DNA of 64,000 nt from Takakia lepidozioides. Lineage: Eukaryota > Plantae > Bryophyta. Numbering within the stretch: the stretch's first letter is position 1; the number at the start of each line of letters is the position of its first letter. Shown piece by piece: positions 35,601 through 47,328 of this stretch. The stretch lies in contig CM060734.1 in the NCBI GenBank assembly GCA_030704615.1, forward strand, positions 682,001-746,000. Reading direction: 5' to 3'. Below the pieces are notes generated by a model that had not been told where the DNA came from, did not search any database, and saw only the letters and a list, made by a program, of their open reading frames with translations. The translations under genes and the position numbers were made by a program.

Positions 35601-37148
35601 GTGGATATCCAGTACAAACCGGGACGAGACAATGTGGTGGCCGATGCTTTAAGTAGAAAACAACAGCTTATATTGGTGTACAGGGGCGAGACGGCGCTCC
35701 AAAGGAAGATCCGGAAGGCTTACCGGAAGGATGAGATGACGAAGTCCGTGATGCGGGACTTGAGGATGGGGGTTAAATTGCAGTTCCACCTGCAAAATGG
35801 ACTGCTCCGGTATAAGCAAAAACGTCTCTACGTGCCGAAGGGAGGGATCAGAGATAGTCTCTTAAGAGAATGCCATGATGGCCCGCTTGCGGGCCACGGC
35901 GGAGCCAAGCGCACCGCAAAACTCTTGAAGAAAGAGTATTTCTGGCCCAAACTGATGGAGGACGCCGAGGAGTATGTCAAGACATGCACCACATGCCAAC
36001 AAAACCGGAGTGAGTACGAAAAGCAAGCGGGGCTGTTACAACCCTTGCCGATTCCAGAGGGGTCTTGGGAAAGTGTCTCGATGGATTTCATGACTGCTAT
36101 GCCGCTGTCAAAAGGATTCAATGCAATCATGGTGGTGGTGGATAGGTTCAGTAAAATGGGCCATTTCATCCCCACCAAGGAGACGGCAACGACACAAGAG
36201 ACGGGGCGACCTTACTTCGCCCACGTCTTCAAGCATCATGGACTCCCGAAGGATATTGTCTCGGACCGCGATCCAAAGTTTACGAGTAAATTTTGGAGGG
36301 CACTTTGGAAGAAGATGGGGACGAGGCTCAAGATGAGCACCGCCTTCCGACCTACGACGGACGGCCAAACGGAAAGGGTGAATTCCGTGGTGAAGCAGAT
36401 CTTGCGGAATTACGTGTCGGCGGACCAATCAGACTGGGTGGAGCACTTGGACGCGACAGAGTTCTGTTATAATAACACAAAACACTCCGCAACGGGTGTT
36501 TCCCTTTTCGTATTGGTCTATGGAAAAGCACCGCTAGTGCCGATAAGTTGGGCTGTCCAAGACGTTGAGGAACCGACAGCAGCAGCGGTGTTGGAGGAAC
36601 GCGAGCGTTTGTTGAAACTCGCAAAGTACAACATCGCCAAAGCTAGGAAACGATATGAACGGCAGGCAAATCGGAAGCGGAGGGAAGTCAAGTTTGAGGC
36701 AGGCACGGATATCTGGTTGAACATCAAGAATTTTTGACTACCTCCGGAAGTGAGTCCGAAGTTCGTACCTCCGTATGCGGGACCGTTTCGCATACGGAAG
36801 GTTATGAATGAGGATGTGTATGAATTGGAGTTGCCGGAAAACAACAAGGTGCATCCGGTATTCCACGTCTCCCTTTTGAAGCCTTACTTCAAAGATGAAG
36901 TGCGTCCGAATCGGCATCAAGTATTGCGTCCGCCACCTGTGCTGTTGGATCATAAAAATGAACCTGAGTACGAGGTGGAGGCGGTGCTTAAGTCGAGGAG
37001 GTTCAAGAATCAAGAAACGGAGTATCTCGTGAAATGGAAGGGCTATCATCATGTGGAGGCATCTTGGGTGCGTGCCTCAGAAATGGGGAACGCATCCGAG
37101 GCGGTTGCAGCTTTCGAAGGACGACCTCAAAAGCGGAAGAAGCGTTGA
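32629..37148 (+). pseudogene. gag-pol of chromovirus copy 2 (many stops)
   Basis: ORFs 32733-33020, 33141-34994 (gag-PR-RT in one frame; protease Asp changed to Val, VVTGA), 35055-35318, 35586-36737 and 36750-37148 (chromodomain). Confidence 0.95.
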
Positions 37149-38053
37149 TGGGGACATCAACCTTGGATCGTGGGGGAGGAAATGCATGCTTAGCCCGGCT
37201 TAGCTAGCTCAGGAATCCGATTGCAAAAACTTGTGTTGTACAAATTTTGTTATAAATGAAATGGTTTCCAAATGTTGCGCCTCCTATTTTGTTTGGAATG
37301 GTGATGCATGGTATGGTTGGCTAGTGTGTAGAATGCATGCTAGCTTACAAAAGTGGGAGAGGTAAATTGGATTAATCGTGTATTTGCGTAGTGCCGAAAT
37401 CGGGTGACTCCCATCCAAGGGGCAAGGAAACTTGCGCATTCTTTGGGAGTTCACGTGCTAATGCGCACCTGGCGCGTGTGCGTACTATAACTACGCTACC
37501 GAGGGGATCGCCTTGTAGTGCGGGCTAACGCGGAAGCTACGTGCTTCCGTTCACGTACTATAATTGTGTAGCATCGGGACAAAGTCGTAGTGCGGCTTCG
37601 GCGTGTTCCCGTACCTCAGGCCAGCATTCCAAGGCGGACCCAATTGTAGTGATTGGGGCGCACGGTTGGTTCAAGGTTATCTTCCTAGTGAAAAAGGGTT
37701 CAAGGTGAACATTTGCTCAAAGTGATGCCAAAAGCGGCATCATGAGCGGTCGCAAGCAATGTTGTTGCAGTAAGGCGATTCGATCCTCGGGGAGGATCGT
37801 TCATTGGCCGTGAAGTGGGCCAAGAAGAGTGCACTGGGAAGAGCTTGAGAGGCTCCACCCTTGGCCGGGACTTGGAGAAAGTTGGCCGAACTAGCTAGTG
37901 GAGAGTAGAGTCAAGTGTGGGGTTTAATTCTTTGCCATGGGACGCCATGGTGCGGAAACAAACTCCTTGATGTGGGATGCCACAACTTGGATGTTCGTTT
38001 CTACAAAATGGACAAGTCGATGAGGACATCGACTCCCTATTGGTAGGGGTGTG

Positions 38054-38756
38054 TGTCGCGGCCCTTTGCCTTGAGGGCAGGGGGTCGAGACGCAAAGGGG
38101 CTGCCCTGTGGTGGGGGCGGTGGCAGCAATAGGTACGGGGGGCTGAAGCACTCTTGAGTGCCCAAGGCACTCAAGGAGAGCCCCGCACACCGGGTTGCGG
38201 TGGGGGTGGCTCCACAAGGGGTGGTGGTAGCTTAGTGGGACTTAGTGGGGGTGGCATAGGACTCACCATGGGGCGAAGACCTTGTGGTGGGAGTCGTGGG
38301 GAGTCTTGGAACTCACCACGGTCCAATGGGGCCGTGGTAGGTGGGCCAAGACTCACCGCGACTCATCACCGGGAATCGAGGATCTTCGTGGTGGTTCGCC
38401 ATAAAATGCAATGGTTGTTTGTGAAACCCCCGCGGACAGTCACAGAAGTATATATAGGGAGTAGTAACCCCGAGAATGGTGCAAGCCCGTTGGTGACCAA
38501 AAACTAGTGAGTAAGCGAGCGAGCCGGAAAACGACCAAGGAGTGGGGAGCTATTTCGGACTGCCATCTACCAAAGGGAATTTCCACTAGGCCCAAATTGG
38601 TGGAGGGTCTGTTGGGGGAAGAAAGGGGGACCGTTATGTCCCGGTGAACAGCCGAAGCTCCGAGTTGGCCCGACGGCTAGGTTGGGAGTTAGGCGCGCGC
38701 ATCAAAGCGAGTAATTATGACTTGAAGGGGAGCTTACCGAAGTGAGGTGCGCGACA
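38054..38756 (+). repeat. 3-prime LTR of chromovirus copy 2 (703 bp)
   Basis: TGTCGCGG...GCGACA, homologous to the other LTRs; TATATA near 38450. Confidence 0.95.
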
Positions 38757-39364
38757 AGTGGAGTTAGCTTGGTCCGCAGAATGCAGCCCGGGGGCGATCT
38801 CCAGAAATCCTGGCTCATGTTTGATCATGTGAAACGTGTGAAGGGCTGGACAACCATGGCTGCCCATGTGTACGATCCATCTTACCAAAGAGTTATGACA
38901 ATTGCAATGTGTGACATGCAATCCGAAGACACCGAGTCTCAAATCCTGATGTGGAAGTCCCTTGTGAGAGTCATGAGGAGTCATGGTGCCTCAGATCCAA
39001 ATTTTCATGGATTTATGGCCGATAGCGCGCAGGCAAATTGGAATGCAGTCCGATCTGTTTTTTAAAGTAGTGATCCGAAAATACCCATGGTGGGCAGGGA
39101 GCGCACTTGCCTGTTCCATTGGACTCAGTCCCTCCGAAGGCACACCAAAAATTGCATAAAACCAGAGTTGCAGGAGGAACACATGAGACTCTGTCGGCTG
39201 TATAAAGATGCGACAAGCGAGATCGAAACAAACTCCTTATACCAAACTATAAGGGCATGGTGGTATTCCTCCGATGCAGCAAGTCAGGATGGCCTCAAAG
39301 AACTTGACGACTGGATGGGATTCTGTACTTCAGATACAAACAGTGGGGAGGATTCATCACAAGA
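38757..39364 (+). pseudogene. MULE transposase catalytic core fragment
   Basis: WLMFDHVKR (first Asp), GFMADSAQANWNAVRSVF (second Asp), CLFHW (Mutator CxxH motif), then FRYKQWGG after a frameshift and a GTAAGG splice donor at 39365. Confidence 0.8.
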
Positions 39365-39870
39365 GTAAGGTCCATTCTAAATTTTCGATGTTTGCATGAG
39401 TTCAATTTACGGTGTTACCCCTTGTCGTGCGCATACATATCGCTACACAACTACATCGCTGTCCAAAACCACACAACACATGTGCACACCACACACTAGT
39501 ATACCACTAGTCCACCACTAGTCCAGCCACTAGTCCAACCACTAGGCTACAACTAGTCAGTCACTAGGCTGCCACTATGCTGCCCACTATGGCAGTCACT
39601 AGTTCACACAATCGCCCCCCTAGCTGGTGCTTAGGTCCCTCTAAGTCCAGGTAGCCACAAGATGTGATAGTGACCATAGCCTCACTAAGTCCTCCACCAC
39701 TATCCCTACTACACTCAAACTCGATAGATCAAGAGGCCGGGTGCAAGAGTTGCCCCATCGTTAGTCGCCGTCTTGCAACCTGTGAACTTGAGCTTGGGAT
39801 CTCATGTATTGACTCCTACGAGCTTGGCCTCCCATGTCTTGTTAGCTGCCTCCAATCATGTCCACTGCCA

Positions 39871-41204
39871 CTATCCCAAGCAGTGTGGACACAACCAATC
39901 TCCGTCAGGAACCTTCTCAAGAGGTGGTGTCAAGCATCCCATATGCCAACCCCTTGAGCATCGATCACACACCAGCATGGTGGCTGCCCCTTTGGCAAAC
40001 CCACAGAGTATGCACCTCAAACCTGCAGGTACCACTGCCAAGTTTGGGTCAACTCTGCCATCGACATTGGGAAGGTGACATGGCGCACAATTACGCACAT
40101 GGTCCTTCCAAGTCTTGCCATCCCGACCCTCTAAGATCAGGACCCCTGAGGGCAACACCTCTCGAACCCTCAGAATAACACATCCTGCAGTAACATCCAG
40201 AGTCGTAGGAGCAGTCTGCTGCAAATAAACATAGTCACCAGGGCTAAACCTCCGAACCCCAGGACGATATCCTCCACCACGTATAGTGGCATACCTCAAC
40301 GTATCACGGTGCTGTGCAATGGCAAGGTTCTCAAAAGCCATGGGCATGACTTTCTTGAACAACTCTGCATGCTGATCACATGCACGTACCCACACGTCCG
40401 GATCGTCAAGGTTAAGGACTTGAGCAGTGTCCCTACGAATGGTTGCAGGCAAATCCGGCTCTCGGCCAAAGAGAAGGAAATATGGTGAGAAGGAGGCAAG
40501 TGATGCTTGTTTGTTGAACCTGTAGCCCATGGCTAACCAAGGAACCTGAAGATCCCAATCTCCTAGGTGTCCCTTCTGCAAGCCATACTTGCGCAAACCC
40601 CTCTTCACCGTCTGAACAACTCTCTCTGCCAAGCCATCGGCCTCAGGATGATCCCGAGAAATGGTGCGGTGGTCTATCAAGGCTTTATCACACAAAGCCT
40701 GAAACTCCCCCAAGAACTCTCTCCCTTGGTCCGTGAGTACCTCAGCTGGAGCACCAAATCGGCTAAGCACACGATCCAAGAATGCATACGCAGCCCCCTC
40801 ACTAGCCTTGTCAGGCAATGGAACCAACTCAATCCACTTGGAGAAGTGCTCCACCATCACCAACACATATCTGTGGTGGCGCATAGTCAGTGGCAACGGT
40901 CCTGCGAAGTCAAGATCCACCTGTAGCCCAATCCCATGATTGGTAAAGGATGCAACTGTGGTGTAGGGGCGTTGAATGAAGCACGCACCCTGTCACACAC
41001 CATGCACCTAGCCACGAACTGTTGCACCTCTGTATGCATACCACGCCACCAATACTGCCCCTGCAGTAAACTGTGAGTGCGTCGCACTCCAAAATGCCCC
41101 AATTCCTCATGGGCATGCCGCATAACCGTGCACGCTGTGTGGGGTGAGGCACAATCCTCACCCGACCATCCTCCCACACTCGAAGTAGGTGTATCCCCTC
41201 CCAC
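39871..41204 (-). pseudogene. Integrase with C-terminal PHD finger
   Basis: HHCC HEELGH...CMVC, DDE motifs LDFAGP/TDQGREF/GLAER, then CILC...CDRC.RGWHMGC...WLCPHC (C4HC3); frameshift near 40920. Confidence 0.92.
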
Positions 41205-41880
41205 TTGAACCTCTTGGCTCGTTGCAGGATCCGATCCCTCTCCCTGGCAGTCACAGTGGCTGCCGTGTCTCCCGTGCGGAGGTAGTCCAACACAGCCGAA
41301 TCCTCATGTATATCTCTGGCACCACCTGGCTCATCACTAGCCTCAGGGTCCTCAGACACTCCGTCTACAGTCATCCCTATTGTAGGTCCAACCTGACCTC
41401 CCGATGCCAAGATACACAAAAATACAGATGCGTGCCATCCCGGCACCATCTCCTCGTCCGTCTCACCATGCCACCGAGCTCCTGTGTCATCCTGTTGGCT
41501 CATGCATGGATTGCGACTCAATCCATCCGCATCCCGATTGACCAAACCTGGTCGATGCACAACCTGAAAGTCATACTCCTGGAGTATGAGTGCCCACCGT
41601 GCAAGCTTCCCCGTAAGCTTGTCTGACTCCATCAACCACTTGAGTGGCTGGTGATCCGTGACAAGGGTGAAAAGATTGCCGTATAGATAGCACCTGAAGT
41701 GTGCCACGGCCCACACTGCAGCTAAGCACTCTCCCTCATATGAGCTGTACTTAGTCTCTGCAGCGTTGTTCGAGCGGCTAGCATAAGCCACTACGAACTC
41801 TCTTCCCTCATCATCCACCTGTGTGAGCACTGCTCCAAGCCCCAGCATGCTCCAATCCGTATGCAGCTGAAAGGGACGCC
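41205..41880 (-). pseudogene. RNase H of the DNMT-bearing Ty3 element
   Basis: FQLHTDWS, VVAYASR, YEGECLAAVWAV, LVTDHQPL, ADGLSR. Confidence 0.92.
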
Positions 41881-41919
41881 CCCTGATAGGTCATCTCAGG
41901 ATAGGCGCCGAGGTCAACC

Positions 41920-42837
41920 TCACCTTGAGCTCTTGAAAAGCTCGTTCCTGCTCATCTGCCACTCCTGATCCACCTTGGTCAGCTTGGTTAGAGCCTTTGC
42001 AATGGTACTAAATCCCTTGACAAACCGTCTATAATAGTTTGCCAACCCCATGAAAGCTCGAACTCGGCTCACATCCGTGGGGCGTGGAATTTGCGCAATG
42101 GCCTCTACCTTAGTCTGTTGTACCCCCAATCCTCCAGGATATATCATGTGACCCAGATACTTTATCTGGTTGTGGAAAAACTTGCACTTCCCCGGATGCA
42201 ACTTCAATCCGTGCGCTCTCAAGCGCTCCAATACCACCTGAAGGTGTCTCTCATGCTCCTCCATCGTAACACTAAAGATGATGATGTCATCTATGTAGCA
42301 CCGAGCAAAGTCTACCCCTGCTAGAATCCTATCCATGACTCTCTGAAACTCTGCAGGAGCATTCTTAAGCCCAAATGGTAAGAACCGCCACTGATATAGG
42401 CAATCTTTGCCGTGCTCATTGATCCCCCAGAATGTCGTCTTCTGCTTGTCCGCCTCCTTGATTGGCAACTGGTGATATCCAGATCGTAAATCCAAAGTGT
42501 TAAAGGCCTTAGCATGCCCGATGGCATCAAAGATCTCCTCTGGTGTTGGCATGGCATACTTATCGGACTTGGTCTGACGATTTACAGGCCGGTAATCACC
42601 GCACATACGTCTCTCCGTCCAATTGCCATAGACATCCTTCTTGGCTGGCATCACTGTGGCTGAAGCATACTCTCCACCAGAGAGCTCCACCAAACCTGCC
42701 TCCCAGAGATCTTGAGTCCTCATCTGAATCAAAGACCTCTCCATGTCACTGTATCTATAGGGTCTCCGAAAGATTGGCGTGTCAGTGGCCAACTCAATAC
42801 GGATCTCTTGACCCTTCAGTGCTCCCAAGTCCTTCAA
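41920..42837 (-). CDS. Reverse transcriptase of the DNMT-bearing Ty3 element
   Basis: [36 protein letters not shown]. Confidence 0.95.
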   Translation of the reverse strand: MKDLGALKGQEIRIELATDTPIFRRPYRYSDMERSLIQMRTQDLWEAGLVELSGGEYASATVMPAKKDVYGNWTERRMCGDYRPVNRQTKSDKYAMPTPEEIFDAIGHAKAFNTLDLRSGYHQLPIKEADKQKTTFWGINEHGKDCLYQWRFLPFGLKNAPAEFQRVMDRILAGVDFARCYIDDIIIFSVTMEEHERHLQVVLERLRAHGLKLHPGKCKFFHNQIKYLGHMIYPGGLGVQQTKVEAIAQIPRPTDVSRVRAFMGLANYYRRFVKGFSTIAKALTKLTKVDQEWQMSRNELFKSSR

Positions 42838-43289
42838 ACTGAAGGCAAAGCAATTCCTGTAAGCCCTCAGGAACCGCCATATACGTCGTCTCTCTCCTCC
42901 GGTGACAATGGGTCCAATGTCAGGCTCCCAATTGTCCTCCGTAACTACAACCTTAAGTCCAGTGGGCTTAGAGGTAGAGGACGCGTCCCGTGGTTGCTAT
43001 GCTGCAACCTCTTGAGCAGTACTCCCTGCCTGCTCAGTCAATGACAAGGCCTCATCCTGCCCAATCATCTCATCCTTGAGGACCTCCTCAACCCGAGAAG
43101 AATCCCCAACCTCATCCATCACAGCCGCCTTGGCTGCCAACTCCCTCTGAACCTCGAGCACCTCCCACGTGTGCCATGGATGCATGCACCCCATGGTCCT
43201 CACATGCTCGCCCCCACTCACTGCCTGTACCGTCTCGATAGGCAGAGAGACCATTGAGGGAAGTGTTCTCCGCACTCTGCGTTGCTCAG

Positions 43290-44250
43290 CCAGAGCCAAG
43301 CTGATAATCCAGGTCAAGCAATTGAGATCCATTGCTTGCCCCAACACTTGACGACGTGATGCCTTAGAAAGAGACGACACCGCCGTGGTACCAGTGGTAA
43401 AACCCATTGCCCGCTCACGCTCGTCAGCATTAGGCTCCACTAACTGCTGCAACTGAGCATCCCACAGGAGGCCAGGTCCACTATCCCGGAAAGCATGCGA
43501 TCCTGGGAAGCTGAGCAGTGTAGGTAATGCTGCTTGTGGTTGACCCACCTTGTTGACCACTGCCAAAGGCGAACGGTCATCGTGTCTCACACGCTGAGAC
43601 TGCCTCCCTGTGTCCAGAATGTATCCACTGTGAGATGTGCTGGCCGCTGCACCCCATCAAATGCACGCTTGAGCAGTGCGGGTGGCATCAAGTTAGTCCA
43701 CCATAGCCGTGGACGATGAGCCCGTGACCCCACTGTAGCTGCATCTAGCAACACTGCTGACCCAAGCCACGACCGGACTTGATGCACACTGGCCATCACC
43801 CTGGCCCGAGAATCGCCCATCAGTGGCACATTCTCCAAGATGTATGCTGGAGATACAGCTTGATGAAGCTGCAAGTGGCGCAAAACCCGCACCATCTCCC
43901 AAAACAGACCCGACCTCGAGTCTCGCAATCCATTGCCATGCCCGGCTGATGAATGCCCTTGGCAGGGCCAACCTGCCACTACCAGATCAATGGAGCCAAC
44001 CCGCTCCAAATCCTGCGCCCCCAGCAATGAAATGTCTGCTGACAAGGCCTGCTGATATCCACGAATTGCAGACACCGACAACAACTCAGGGTACTGCTGC
44101 ACCAACTGAGCAACATGGCAAAGTGAAATGCGTCGTGTAGTCTCATCCCTCTCCACATACAGGTAACGCCGAACTCGTACACCTGCTTGTAACACAACAG
44201 CCAATCCGGTGCTGATCCCGCCAAACAAGTCCAGAAGACAAATGCCTTCA
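43290..44250 (-). pseudogene. DNMT3-like C5-cytosine DNA methyltransferase domain within pol
   Basis: Motif I LDLFGGI, II YVERD, IV IDLVVAGWPCQG (catalytic Cys intact), SGLFWE, VI ILENV, VIII AHRPRLWWTN, IX ERAMGF, X RRQVLGQAM; one frameshift near 43600. Confidence 0.93.
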
Positions 44251-44411
44251 TCCGGATACTGCCATACAATAGGTGTGGTGTCCAATGGAGACAATTGAGG
44301 TGGTCTTGGTGCAATCCCCACACTCTCATCCTCTCCTGACGGTACAAAAGCCTCCACCCAGGCTTGTTGCACCCGTCGATCAGCATCCCGCTGCAAATCC
44401 TTGCTCGTGCC

Positions 44412-45699
44412 TCACAATGGAGTCTGAGCAACCATGGTAGACAACTCTGCCATACCATACATGTCATCGTGCTCTCCCGGAGGTGGTACATCCTTTGAAT
44501 GAGCATTTCCCTCAAGCAACTCTCTAGGCCAACTCACTGCCGATGTGAATGCTGCTAGTGTCGGCATCTTGCCTCGCTGGGCAACCGCAACTCCTCCTAT
44601 GAACGTCACAGGGAGCTGCACACGCCGGCCTTCCCTTGACTGCCATGCAGGCCTATAGGAAGCTGACTCCTCCCAAAAATCCAGGGTGAAGCCCATGGGG
44701 TACAACACTGCCCCACCAACCAGGACATCGTATGAGACTGCGTCTGTCACAATGGCCTTGGCTCGCATCACTGAGCCATCTGTAGGGTGATCCGGCCGTA
44801 GTCTGATAGCCAACTCACGCCATGTCATGCCCCGAGCCTGCTCCGATCCTCCCAGAGATGTCTGTATCTGGAACGGACAAGGCTCCATATCCGCCTCCGT
44901 GAGGCCCAAGCCTGCAATAGCAGCTCTGCCCAGCATCAATGGCTGAGCTCCCGAGTCCAACAAGACCCGCAGTGGCCGGTACCTCTTGCCTGCCGGTCCA
45001 CTCAAACAGAAAATGCCATCCTGGTTGTCTAACATGACAACTCCAGGTGTCACCATGGCGCGCTCAATGGCTGGCCTAGCTGGCAGCTCCATCAACCTGG
45101 CAGCTGCAGCTTGCCATGGCACCGCCGTGGCAGTCTTGACCCTCAAATCCGAGGATCCCTCCGGCACTACACCTCCCACTATCTCCGCAGAAGATGAAGT
45201 AACCTCCCCACTCTCACAGAGTGTAGCTGCCAGCCTGAACACCTTAGCTGGTTTTACCCCCGGCGTCGCAATCATGGTAGCCGAGAACAATGGAGCCTGA
45301 CACACAGATGTGGCCGCTCCTAGCAGCACACTAGCTGCCGCAGCCTTGGCAACACTAGGTAGTGGTGCTACCCGTGTAGCTCTCCCCAATGGCATAGTAA
45401 CCTCCGCCTCGGTAACCGTCGGGCGAGAACTAGGTGCCATGGATGGCGTCGACACTGTCTCCGCCAATGTGAATGACTGAGGAAGCCTAGCCTGACGGCT
45501 TGCCTCCCCACGCTGTGGATCCAACTCCACCTCTGCACCTCGTGGCTCAGAAACTCGTGCTGCTCCTCGAGTCACGGCTGCAGCAGACTCCACCTGCACT
45601 AGTGGTAGTGCTGCTCCACACATGAATCCCATGCCTCCCATATCTCCTCCCTCAGGAGCAGGAGGTGGACCATCCGGCCTTAGAGCCGGTACCACCTGA
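44412..45699 (-). pseudogene. gag C-terminal linker plus aspartic protease of the DNMT-bearing element
   Basis: RVLLDSGAQ and YDVLVG motifs; same frame as the DNMT ORF, separated only by one TGA at 44412-44414. Confidence 0.8.
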
Positions 45700-47328
45700 T
45701 GTCGCACACCTCACTTCGGTAAACTCCCCTTCAAGTCATAGTTACTCGCTTTGATGCGCGCGCCTGACTCCCAACCTGGCCGCCGGGCCAACTTGGAGTT
45801 TCGGCTGCTCACCGGGACATAACGGTCCCCTTCCGCTTCCCTCTAAACCCTCCACCTATTTGGGACTAGGAGAATTCCCTTTGGTAGATGGCAGTCCGGA
45901 ACAGCTCCCCACTCTTTGGTCGCTTTCCGGCTCGCTCGCTTACTCACTAGTTTTTGGTCACCAACGGGCTTGCACCGTTCTCGGGGTTACTACTCCCTAT
46001 ATATACTTCTGTAGCTGTCCGCGGGGGTTCCACAACCAGCCATGCCATTTTATGGCGAACCACCACGAAAACCCTCGACTCCCGGTGGTGAGTCGCGGTG
46101 AGTCTTGGCCCGCTCACCACGGCCCCTATGGACCGTGATGAGTCCCAAGACTCCCCACGACTCCCACCACGAGGTCTCCGCCCCCATGGTGAGTCCTATG
46201 CCACCCCCACTAAGTCCCACTAAGCTACCACCACCCCTTGTGGAGCCACCCCCACCGCAACCCGGTGTGGGGGCTCCACCTAGTGAGCGCCTCCGCTTCC
46301 CTGAGTGCCTTGGGCACTCAAGGGTGCTTCAGCCCCCCATACCTATCGCTGCCGCTGCCCCCACCACAGGGGCAGCCCCTCATGTGTCCCGACCCCCTGC
46401 CCTCAAGGCAAAGGGCCGCGACACACACCCCTACCAACAGGGAGTCGATGTCCTCATCGACTTGTCCATTTTGTAGAAACGAACATCCAAGTTGTGGCGT
46501 CCCACATCAAGGAGTTTGTTTCCGTACCATGGCGTCCCATGGCAAAGAACCAAACCCCACACTTGACTCTACTCTCCACTAGCTAGTTCGGCCGACTTCC
46601 TCCAAGTCCCGGCCAAGGGTGGAGCCTCTCCAGCTCCTCCCAGTGCACTCTTCTTGGCCTACTTCAAGGCCAAGGAACGATCCTCCCGAGGATCGAATCG
46701 CCTTACTGCAACAACATTGCTTGCGATCGCTCATGATGCCGCTTTTGGCATCACCTTGAGCAAGGGTTCACCTGGAACCCTCTTTGACTAGGAAGATAAC
46801 CTTGAACCAACCGTGCGCCCCAATCACTACAATTGGGTCCGCCTTGGAATGCTGGCCTGAGGTACGGGAACACGCCGAAGCCGCACTACGACTTCGTCCC
46901 GAGGCTACACGATTATAGTACGTGAACGGAAGCACGTAGCTTCCGCGTTAGCCCGCACTACAAGGCAACCCCCTCGGTAGCGCAGTTATAGTACGCGCAC
47001 GCGCCAGGTGCGCACTAGCACGTGAACTCCCAAATAAGGCGCAAGTTTCCTTGCCCCTTGGATGGGAGTCACCCGATTTCGGCACTGCGCAAACACACGA
47101 TTAACCCAATTTACCTCTCCCACTTTTGTAAGCTAGCATGCATTCTACACACTAGCCAACCACACCATGCATCACCATTCCAAACACAATAGGACGCACA
47201 ATATTTGGACCCATTTCCTTTATAACAATTTTTTTGTACAATACAAGTTTTTGCAATCGGATTCCTGAGCTAGCTAAACCGGGCTAAGCATGCATTTCCT
47301 CCCCCACGCTCCAAGGTTGATGTCCCCA

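Larger units (their letters stand above)
32282..38756 (+). mobile_element. Chromovirus (Galadriel-like) copy 2, 5-prime LTR truncated
   Basis: Partial 5-prime LTR 32282-32573, PBS TGGTATCAGAGC 32576-32587, gag-pol, PPT ATTGGTAGGGGTGTG, 3-prime LTR 38054-38756; no TSD because the left junction is deleted. Confidence 0.95.
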
